The notes beneath the pieces are model-generated. The model saw nothing but the letters and a program-made list of their open reading frames with translations, did not search any database and was not told where the DNA came from. This document shows, piece by piece, positions 48,801 through 59,253 of a DNA stretch of 64,000 nucleotides. Every line of letters starts with the position of its first letter. The stretch's first letter is position 1. Origin of the DNA: Macrostomum lignano. Its lineage: Eukaryota. The stretch is from the NCBI GenBank assembly GCA_002269645.1, contig NIVC01000206.1, positions 186,001 through 250,000 on the forward strand. The letters run 5' to 3'. The position numbers were made by a program, and so were the translations under genes.

Positions 48801-50515
48801 GTCCTACGCCAAAACCGACGCGTTCCTATGCAGAGGTGACGAAGTCTGCATACGAGGAAGACAGAGCACGTACAGCTGAAGCATCTCCCCAGCTCGCAAC
48901 TTCTCAAAGTCTGCCGCGCTGCCGAGCATTGCTTACGGATCATCTGAAGCCGCCATTGCCGCGCGACAAGCTCATCAAAGCTCAACAGGATGACCCAGCT
49001 ATTGGCTACGTTTACAAGTTGATCAAGGAGAATCAACCGAAACCAGCGTTTGACGATCGATTACGACTTAGCAGAGAGCAACGGAATCTGCTAGGATACT
49101 ACGAGTTACTATTCCTCGAGCGAGACCTACTCATGATCAACATGACGGAAAAAGACACTCCACCGAAGATTGTCTTACCAGTAGCTCTCGACAACGAAGT
49201 TTTTAACGAGCTCCACAATTCGCCTTTAGCAGGACACCAAGGACAGCGAAAGACCGCCCAACGTGTGCGCGAAAGATTCTGGCGAACAGGTCTAGTCCGA
49301 GCCATTGAGACTTACGTCAGCAAATGCCGAACCTGCCTAGAGAGCAAGTCACGACGAAAACAGCAAGTGCAAGTGCAGAGTTTTCTAGTCTGCGAAGTTT
49401 TTGGAAGACTTCACATGGATGTGATCGGACCAATTGCGCAACCGTCCAAAGGAGGTCATCGATACATCCTGACACTCTGCTGTGCGACATCAAAGTTTCC
49501 GATAGCTTATCCGATGAGAAATCAGAAAGCTAAAACCGTTATCCGATTGTTACAGGACCGATTTATTCCAGAATACGGAGTTCCAGCTTGGATTCACACG
49601 GACCAAGGCACGAACTTTACAGGAAACGCCTTCAAGAAGTTCTGTGATCTCTACGCGATCAGGCACACGACAACGACGCCGTACAACCCAGCATCCAACG
49701 GACTGGTAGAAAATCTGAACAAGCAGATCAAGAGCATTCTGACATGTCTCCTCGAGCACGATCATCGCGATTGGGACACATTTCTGCCAGCGTGCATGAT
49801 TGCTCTTCGATCCAGCGTTCATCCAGTCACAGGCTATACGCCTTACTTCTTAGTCTATGGCCGAGAATACAGGATGCCTCTCGACAACTCATTGAAGCTA
49901 CTCCCGGAGTATGCCAACCTGCCTGATTACGTCGCAGAGTTTCAGCAACGCCTCAAGCACGCCACGGACCTCGCCAAGGAACGGCTAGGCCTGCATCAGC
50001 AAGCGCGAGACAAACACTACGAGAACCGACCAGCAGCTAAGAAGCTACAGCCGGGAGATCTCGTCTTCTTGAACAACCCGGTCCTACACGAAGATGAAGC
50101 AGCAAAGTTCCACAGGCCAAGGAGATCGTTGTATGAAGTGGTGGAAAGCAAAGGAGAAGTCGTCTACAAGATTCGACGGAAGGTTCGACACCCTCGAGAA
50201 CGACCGGACGAAATGGTAGTTCATCGCCGGAACCTCCTCCTTGTGCCCACTTCAGATTATCCAATTGCAGATCTCGAAGGGCCAGCTGAACCGAAGAAGC
50301 AACGCCGAGTTCGACAGGCTGACGCCGGAGCTGCGACACTCCCCGCCATCTCTGAGGACTCTGACGAAGAAGACGACCTGGACACGAGACCCGCCTACCG
50401 CTGGCGACTCCGATCAGCTGTTCAGCCAGGCGCGCGTCCAGCCGAAGTCCGCATCCAGGAACCTGAAGTTATGGAGAATAGAGTTGAGCTTGAGTCACTG
50501 CCGTATGTCGTATGA
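45710..50515 (+). pseudogene. pol: Gypsy pol (protease-RT-RNase H-long tether-integrase); one in-frame TGA at 47549-47551
   Basis: LLDSGS (PR), YMDD (RT), VRQL*SFLGLANYY, FILDTDAS...ELLAI...DHKAL...NADALSR (RH), H-x6-H...CRTC and LHMD...HTDQG...GLVE (IN); ORFs 45710-47551 and 47627-50515 share one frame. Confidence 0.93.
45746..45752 (+). other. Candidate -1 ribosomal frameshift slippery site G GGA AAC (gag to pol)
   Basis: X XXY YYZ heptamer correctly phased in the gag frame within the gag/pol overlap; pol is in the -1 frame. Confidence 0.7.
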
Positions 50516-50848
50516 TTCTTGCGACGCTCCATCCGCTCCTACAGTTGAAACGCAGAGGCGACCTGAAATTGAAATTAGCGATAGGTTTAACCTAGACTCT
50601 GATAGGAATAATCAATGTAATAGTCATGTTATGTCGGCCAATTTGCCAAATAATAGTCATGCTTTGTCGGCCAATTTGCCATCAACTAGTCAAGTCGAAT
50701 GGGCCGTCAATGACAGGCCAGTTAGGGCTCGAAGGGAACCTGACCGCTTGGTTCTAAAACCAAAGTCAAAGTCCTACTTGAGCCGGTTAGTTAACTTTTT
50801 CCGCCGGCCTCGTGCCTGTTCCAGCGCTGAAAAGCAAAACTAAAAACA

Positions 50849-51949
50849 ATGACGGGAAAAGAAAACAAGAGGCGCCGAGATCGGGAACCGTCCCGGACAC
50901 CCTCGCCAGCCAGCGGCCGAAAGCACACTCGACCCTCGCGGCCCACCAGCAGAATTCTAACTATCCCAGTGCCCAGCCAAGGTCCGGCTCGCCGTCGAAG
51001 GAGCCGCTGGGACGAGCGTCCGCGCCAGGAAGCCAATATAGAAGTACGCAGGCTGGCACCGCTGCAGCTACCTCACCTCGACGATCGCCTCACAGTCGCC
51101 AGAGAGCGGGCCGCCGCCATTAGGCTCCGGCTCGATCCGCCCCAGGCAATAATGGCCGATGCCCGGTTGCCAGCTGCCGACAAGGCAACCTCGCCAAAAC
51201 GGCCTGGCTCTTCTCCGACGCAGCCACCGGCCGAGCCACCGGTGCCTAGCTCGCGGGAACCACCGCGCCCACACGACGCCGAAAACGCGCTTGATTTGAT
51301 TGGGAGCCTATCGAGCTCTCTGCAGGAAGAGCCAAGCGAAGAGCTGCTTCCAGCACTTCAAGAGCTCCTGGCCCCTGACGCTCAGGCTGCCCCGAACGCA
51401 GCCCTGCCAGCTCCTTTCGACCCGCGAGTGGACGTACTGGACACGCCGCCTCAGCCGCAATCACCACCGCCGGCGTAGTATCTGGGCGTGCTAACGCCGC
51501 CGCCACAGCCTGACATCATCAACCTGGATGACTACAGGACGCCGCCCACGCCGCCATCACCGCGCTTCCGCCGACCGTCGCCCGTGCCATCGCCGCCCCG
51601 CTTATTCAATCAAACGGAACTAGCGGAGGCCATCAGCGTGGCCATCCGGACTTGGCCTCAGCAAAGGGATGCAGCGACCCAAAATGACTGCCTAAGCGTT
51701 GTACAAGAGGGGGCCATCATCGCTCTTACGGAGCTCTTAGTAGCAGCAGGGCTCAAAGGGCAGCTCTGCCGCAGGTGGCCTGACCGCATCCAAGAGGAGT
51801 TCCGTGCGGCCGCGCCTGAGGAAAGGCGACGGGCCATCAAGGAGATCGGCCGTAGAACCGCCGAAGCCCTGCCGCCGCATCCGCCGCACGCCACTACATA
51901 CACTCGAACTGGCGATCCTCAAGCTTCTCTTTTTCCTGGGACAAGCTAA
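50849..51949 (+). pseudogene. Extra Pro/Arg-rich ORF3 of the Gypsy element (~366 codons, one in-frame TAG at 51476-51478), unknown function
   Basis: ORFs 50849-51478 and 51488-51949 are in frame; GC-rich coding-like composition between pol and the AT-rich pre-PPT region; no signal peptide or TM segment seen. Confidence 0.6.
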
Positions 51950-52357
51950 CGATGTGCCGAGCACTTTTTGCAAATTTGTGCATTATTAACAACATCAAAT
52001 TTTTGGCAATAGTAACACTTTTACATTTACGAAATAATTGCAATCAACAACATCAAAACTTTTCAATCTATTTCAAAATTTTTTTTCATCACTTCAAAAA
52101 TAATCAAAATAATCTTTATGCAAAATAATCATCTTAAATATGCATTTTGCTCCCTATAACTTTACAAAAAAAAGCAATCAATCATGTAGTAGGTATAATT
52201 CAACGCTGCCTTACTCAAGTACACCATCTCTTTGTAGGCGCTTCATTTTACGGTCAACTTTATTTGTAATAAATACTCATTATCCAGTGGCCTTGTTAGA
52301 GCCGATTTTTGTTTTCAAATAAAATTGATTCATCGTTTGGCTGCTGCAATTTAATTT

Positions 52358-52369
52358 GGACGGGGAGAG
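52358..52369 (+). promoter_or_regulatory. Polypurine tract GGACGGGGAGAG immediately before the 3' LTR
   Basis: Purine-rich run abutting TGTAGTGACT at 52370. Confidence 0.85.
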
Positions 52370-53360
52370 TGTAGTGACTGGCTGCTAACTGGCTATTCAG
52401 CAGCACTCACTAGCTTTCTCTTAAGAGTGCTGTGATCCGCTGCACAGTATCTCAGTCCACCTGAGCTTGTGAGAGAGTTACTCTGTGCTGGGCCTATGTG
52501 TTTACTGCCCAATGACTCATCGCCTGAGCGGGCGCGGGCAGCCACACTCAATGTCTTCCCACTCGCACTGAAGAGGCGTTGCAGGATGACTCATCACCTG
52601 CGCGGAGTTTAATGGCTGCCTAGAGGGAGTAAACAGGATGACTCATCCGCCCATGTTCTATTTTTAGCACAGAATAAGCACATGACTATGCAGGCACTCT
52701 GAGCATGGCCACTGACCTTGAGTCACGCCACTGCTGCGTGACAGGGTTGCCTTATTTGGAAGTTGGCCTTGGATCACGCGTCGTTCACATGATTCCAATG
52801 CCCAAATAAGGAAGTTTCACGCGCTCACCGCATGAAACTCACGTGACTTTTGGGGGTCCGCTCGGCTATAAATACGGAGCATCTGCGAGCCATTTTTCTC
52901 TTGACGGCGTTGTCTTGCGGAGCATTGTGGCTAACTCGTGAAGCCTCTGCCTCCAAGCTTTCCTCTCTCATTTCAGGTTTTACAGGTTTCAGGTCCAAGC
53001 AGCATTCAACTAAGACGATTGACTGTCGAGACATTTTCAGATTTGGCCTTTGCTCCGAGTGTCTTCGTTAATTTTATTTCAGGTGGCGGATAGACAACTC
53101 TGCCGACGCGTCGAGTCCGCACACCAAGGTGGCAGCAACCCTACCAAGTCAAGGCTTACGTTTTAGGTTCATTTTCAGGCAAATCGTTAGGACCGAAGCA
53201 AAGGGCAAACGTTACACTGGTGGCAGCGGTGGGATACAAAGACCTGCCAGGCCACCTCGAGACAACCCAGAGACAACCAAACGTTACACTGGTGGCAGCG
53301 GTGGGATACAAAGACCTGCCAGGCCACCTCGAGACAACCCAGAGACAACCAAACGTTACA
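52370..53360 (+). repeat. 3' LTR: 847-bp core plus two 72-bp PBS-containing units (53217-53288, 53289-53360)
   Basis: The TSD follows only after the second unit, so both units lie within the integrated element end. Confidence 0.95.
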
Positions 53361-55054
53361 GTTACGGATTACGGAGATTTTTCTAGACTTGCCGTAATTG
53401 GTAGCCGTAACAAAAATTATTTATTTTTAACTGTTTAGTGTTATAAAAGAATTTTTTTATATCAACTTCAACTAGTTTTCATTTTGTTTTACTAGTTATT
53501 ATTATTTTTTATATTTGTTAAGTTTCTAAATATCTACAAAACTTCTTGAAAATGAAAAATGAATTTTTTCACGAATTTTCTCATTAGGCATACAGCATAG
53601 CATAGCATAGCGATAGCATGATAGCAGCGAGACAGAGAGCCAGTCAAAGCCTACAAGAGACTAAGAATCTGGCATTCTTATTTCTTAGCCATATGTAGCA
53701 TTTAGCTCTTTAGCATAAAAATAGGATATTAGATTTAGATTATGAGGATAAGGATGAAAGAATATTAATAAGGAAATACTAAATAAATACTAATAGGATA
53801 AGAATATGAATTATGATTGAAAATTGATTGAAACCAAAGAAGACAATACAATAGACAATGCAATAAAATGAAAATGAAAAAATGTAACATGCAATTTCTT
53901 AGTCATCGGAAATTTTGAAGCAGTTTTATTTGAACAAATTCATATATTTATTTAATGATATTAAACATACACATTGACCTTGGCACGTCAGTCATATATT
54001 CATATTGTAGCGAAACAAAACAGAATCACGACACAGAAAACTGAAAAAGGCACCAAGCACACAATTGCATACAACAATGCTATAGAATACTTCGATAAAG
54101 ATATTATATTTACAAAAAAATAAATGAATATTAATGCATGAACGAACAACAAGTAGGTTTTATTGCTATCCTTTTATCCTTTTTATCTGTCCTTTTCTGT
54201 CTGCCCTACTTTTCATGCAAAAATATCAATTTTTGTTATACATTACGGCTACGGTTACGGCAAATTACGGTTACGGACTTTTTTAGCCCGTAATGACGGC
54301 AAAATTCGGCTACGGAAGTTGCTTCTTTCTTACGGCTACGGTTACGGTTACGGAGGTCAAAACTTGCGGCGGCGGAACACTAAATTTGCAACAACATTAA
54401 ACTCTCATTAATTAATCCAAAGCCTAGCCTATTTTGATTCATTTGCCCACGGGGCATAAAACTACCAAGTTCTTAATTCAAAGAAAGCTCTGAGACTTTA
54501 ACGTCCTGTAATATGTAAAATTATGATGGTGGCAGCCCTATTCTACTGTTAGTAACAAGTCAAACATATGAGATACATTAAGTTTCAGTGTCTGAAGACC
54601 CGCTCTGAATGCTTGCGTCAACGAAGACTGCTTGCCTACGACTAAAACTACCATCCCCCCAGAATTGAGGACCCTGGCAGACAGAGTATCTACAAGACTT
54701 CTAAATTGGGATTCGTCCACGCAAATTTCCAGACTTAATTTGTGTGAACTAACAATGGCGCCGATTTGAAGGTCTGAGCCACTCAAACTTGACATTAAAT
54801 CAAGTGAACACCAGACAACCACCCAATCTAAACTGCCCCCATTTCAATAGCAATCATTGATATATATATAGATCCCCTCTTTTTAAGATATATAGGCCAT
54901 AGTTTGGAACAGTCTATATATATCCCAGAAAAAACAACCAAATTTTTTGGTGCATGCCATAGTTTGAAATAGTCTATATGTACCCCAGAAAAATATGGCC
55001 AAATTTTTTGTGTAGGCCCACTATGACTGATATATACTATACCAAATACATTAC

Positions 55055-56699
55055 CAGTGCTGGGCGTTAACTAGTTAATTGTTTAACTAGTTAATTAACT
55101 AGTTAAATTTTTTAAAAAATCGTTAAATTTTCGTTAAATTTTTTATATATTAACTAGTTAACAAAAATCGTTAATTTTTTTCTGAAGTTAAAGTTAAATG
55201 ACAAAAGTTAATAATTCCGGGAAATGGAGTTCCCCGGGTTCAAAATCCGCGGGTTTCAACAGCTTGTATGCCATTAAAAAGTAAAATTAATACATACATA
55301 AAATAACTTCGCCTTTCTAAGCATTATATAACGCGTCACAAACTACTATTACATGTATATATTTCAGTTACAAGTTATAATGTATAGAATATTCGGAAGA
55401 TTCTGGAATCTTCAACTATTATCTATTGATATTCTACCCAAGCACTACTATAAGTTATCGTTGTACATAGGGATGTCGATTCCCCGGGGAATTTTCTTAT
55501 CGGGGACCCGGGGAATTTACTGTCATTCCCCGGGGACCCCGGGGAAAAAAATAGGTAAAAAACGGCGGATAACTTAGATCTTTAAAAGTCACTAAGTGGC
55601 ATTTTTTTAACTTTGATTAAAGCTTTGGATGGACAACATGTTCAAGGCGCAAGGGTAAAAACTTTAAGCAATGTGTGTGTAAAACTGTATTTGACAATAT
55701 GGCATCACCAAATCGTGCGCGCACCTTTATCAGAAAGGGTCCAGACTCCAGAGGCAGAAAATGCATACTCAGCAGCTGCATTCGTGTGAGGATAATTAAT
55801 GAATGAGACTATTTTTATAATCGAAATTTTAATTTCTTGCAGATACAAATAAATCACCATTTTGTCCTGTCTAATACGGAGTATTTTGTTATTGTATGAT
55901 ACCCTCCTATGCGTCAGTGACTGACGCAGGATATGGCGCTGTGCCTGCGTCAAATGTGTCAAGCCGTCAACGCAGACCAACACAATAGTCAGTAAGGCTT
56001 CTTTTTCCTGATGGGTTTCTACGCTCGTACGTTCAATTTGCTTGATTGAAAGACTCATAGTGAAAAAAAACATTCAAACGGGTCACTAATTTCATAAGAC
56101 CGAAATTTCACAATGCCGAAAATTCTGCATGCAATACAATCCTTATTGTAAAGTTTTCTACGATGTGAAATTTCGGTCTTATGAAGTTTCAGTCTTGTGA
56201 AGTATGGTGTTTCGGCGTTGTGAAATTTCGGTCTTATGAACCCCCCCCCATTCAAACGTGTGTTGTGTTTGAAATAATACATTGAAATAAGCAGTTTTGC
56301 GGTAAAAAAGCATAGACAGAGTTTCAATCAGCTTTTTGTGAATAATTTTCTTATTTAAATGGCAAAAATTTAGGCCCTAGTTAAAAATGCTTTTTTTCTC
56401 CCCGGGGTCCCCGGTCTAATTCCCAGGGGAGTATTCCCCGACAAGCTCCCCAGGGCGCCGCGACCTGGCCACAGCCGCGCCGCGCCGACCTGAAATTTAA
56501 AAAAACACACCGAACACATGTCCGGGAAAATGTCACTTTTTCTATTAGGGAATTATTAACTTTAACTTTTAACTTTTCAGAAGTTAAATTTTGGGCAAAA
56601 GTTAAATAATTAACTAGTTACAGTTAATTTTTTTGGAGCAATTAAATTAACTTTTTAACTTTTAACGAGTTAAAAAATTGATTAACTTGCCCAGCACTG
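55055..56699. mobile_element. Non-autonomous hAT derivative (1.65 kb) with a transposase C-terminal remnant
   Basis: TIRs CAGTGCTGGGC/GCCCAGCACTG; 8-bp TSD TACATTAC (55047-55054 and 56700-56707); TTAACTAGTTAA subterminal repeats; minus-strand 'AAAEYAFSASG' (~55740-55790) resembles the hAT dimerization motif ERxFS. Confidence 0.85.
56080..56248. mobile_element. 169-bp MITE with 9-bp TSD (MULE-like), nested in the hAT derivative
   Basis: Inverted TTCATAAGACCGAAATTTCACA / TGTGAAATTTCGGTCTTATGAA; flanking direct repeat CATTCAAAC (56071-56079 and 56249-56257). Confidence 0.75.
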
Positions 56700-57245
56700 T
56701 ACATTACCTATGCATACATTACCTATGACCATTCAAAGCTTCAAATTTCAATTTTGTAATGGTAGCCTAGTAGTCTAGTACTAGACTATTGGTTTTGATA
56801 TTTAATTTCAATTAGATTAACTAAAAATAATTATTATTTTAGTATTAGTTAGTATACTAAAACATTTAATGATTTAATATATTAGATAGGCTTACAGATA
56901 GGGCACAAGTATAATAGGCCCAAATCGTAATTTTTTAATGTAGGTTAGGCTCCTATTATTAGAATTGATTAGTTCTAATTGATAATTGATAAACTTTTAG
57001 ATTAAAACAGACAAGATAATTAATTTTCTGCATTAATTAGAATATTGGCATATATCTAACATTGTAATACTGGAATTAGCATAAGCGCTGCCAATTAGTA
57101 GTAAAGCACTACATTGCTACACTAGACTATCAGTTATACAGAGTACACACCAGTTAGTTTCAATAGTTTGTTTCGCCTTCGAGGAAATTGATATAGTCAT
57201 CTCTCTAGTAGATATCGAGTGTGGAAAATCTGAAATCGCCTATTT

Positions 57246-59253
57246 TAGGGACTCCAGTGAGGTTACCGTAAAGCTGATAATTACACGAAAAATCGTAAAA
57301 TAATGTTTTTTAAAAATGAAATTGCCATGCATAGAAAATGTTTATAGTAAAAACAAAATATACATGTTAAAGAAGAGTTTCTATTCTTTTTAATGAGATA
57401 AAGAAACAAAAAATATATACATTGTATGCCGAGTAATGTCCCACTGAACTTCGTCTTTTTTTTAATACACTCGTTTTGTTGCCAAAAAAAGTGACTTTCG
57501 AAAGTTCGTTTTTTTGTTGGAAAGCAATTATTTTAACAAAATATAACTATTTATTGATACAAACAACTATATTTACAAACATTTTTTGACATTTTAAGCA
57601 GAAATTTTTTTTCTTTTTTCCCTATTTAGACAGTATAAAAAAATTAAAGTTGAATAAAAATCGTACCCGTATTTCCGAAGCTTAGTAAAACCCGGAAATG
57701 AATGCTACTCCGTAATATGATTACATTAAAAAAAACCGCACATGTCTATCTACATCCGCCAAAAAGTTATTGAAGCCTGTTTTTTGCCTATCTCTTCAGT
57801 GTAAAATAGACGGATAAAACAGAAAATTTAAATTTTTTTTCTAGCAGTAATTTCCGAAGACTATTCTTCTACTGCATTTAATAGAGGAACTTATAGGAAT
57901 TCTTCACAGCACTTTTATATCTTTCCACATACATCCGCCGAGGAGCAGCAGCAATGTTTGCTTTTTAGTAGCGATACTACTTACATACTACTTATATAAA
58001 AAGTGGCTTATTATGGCTTTTCTTAACCAAAAAGAAGACGTTTTACCATTGCAAATTAGTTTTGAAGGCAAAATAATACAAATAAATGTATGCTTTAGCT
58101 TATTGAGCTATAGCAATTGCAATCCCAATAAATGACCCCTTGAATGCACGTAACCTTGGTCTGCAATTCAAACTCCCATAAAAATGAACTGAATTTCATA
58201 AGAAATTGTGTTTTTTCCATTTGTAAGTTTAATAAGCAACTTCACAATATACAATTTTAAGTACAATATATTTTTAAATACTTCTTTACACTTGTTTACA
58301 GAAATGTTCATTGGTAACTTTATTCACAATATACAATTTTACAATAAGGATAGGCTCAATCAAAAAATATACAAGACAATAGTATCAACAATTATTTACC
58401 TATATGTTTTACAGTTAAAAAGCAAAGCAGACAATATACATTATGTGTGTAAAGACAATAAGCATTAAATATATGCTAACTTCAGTCTTTAGTTGCAGCT
58501 ACTCAACAAGCAATAATATTGGAAAAAAAAGAACAAGAGCTTTTAAATAAACCAAAGTACACAAAAAAAAACATTTTCATATGTTTTTCATTAAAAAAAC
58601 AAATCAAACTTTATATATATTCATTAGTCTAAAAAATATAATCATTCAAAGTTGAAAAATGTGCAATTTTAAGATATGCTATCAAGTTCCAGTAGCAAAA
58701 AAGTCACAAAATTGGTGAATTTTTTAACCTTTGTCAATATATAGGAAAAATTGGTATAAAAATATATACTTTTATATGTTGTGGAGTAAACAAATAAAAA
58801 AGATTTCAGAAAAAGCAATTAACTTTTAAATAATAGTCATTTGAAATTTTAATTTTGCTCTATTTTTGATATGCATTTTTCACTTTTTAAAAATTCAAAT
58901 GCAAACCCCAAGAAAGATACATTAGAAAGAATAAAAACAATTTGTTAATCTTATGTAGAACTGCTTGGTCTTTAAAATGATACCAGACTCAATATTGTAT
59001 GTTGAATAGCAAAAAAGATATGACAACAAAAAGTGAAAAATTTTGTTTTCGTACATCTAATGGCAACAATCTATAATGTATTTTTCCTATCTAAAAAACG
59101 TAATTTTTTGGGCACAAAAAATGCTATAACTTTTTTATTACTCAACTAAATTTAATAAGTGAAGCCATTTTGTGATGCTGTTATTGTCCTCTATCAGATA
59201 CATATCTGAAAATATATAAATTTTAAAGTTTCAAAATCTCACTGGAGTCCCTA
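57246..59253. mobile_element. 2.0-kb AT-rich non-autonomous DNA transposon with 16-bp TIRs
   Basis: TAGGGACTCCAGTGAG (57246-57261) and CTCACTGGAGTCCCTA (59238-59253); flanking direct repeat CCTATTT (7 bp). Confidence 0.75.

Larger units (their letters stand above)
43557..53360 (+). mobile_element. Full-length Ty3/Gypsy LTR retrotransposon, ~9.8 kb, inactivated by in-frame stops
   Basis: TG...CA termini, 4-bp TSD GTTA (43553-43556 and 53361-53364), 847-bp LTR cores, tRNA-Leu PBS, PPT, gag, pol in PR-RT-RH-IN order and an extra ORF. Confidence 0.97.
43438..54382. mobile_element. Non-autonomous hAT element (~1.14 kb net) split by the Gypsy insertion
   Basis: TIRs TAGTTTTCCGCCG and inverted TAGTGTTCCGCCG; 8-bp TSD AATTTGCA (43430-43437 and 54383-54390); dense (T/C)TACGG subterminal repeats reminiscent of Ac AAACGG sites. 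Confidence 0.85.

Noticed and set aside
50849-51949. ORF3 as a retroviral-type envelope
   Set aside because: No signal peptide, furin site plus fusion peptide, or transmembrane anchor is visible.
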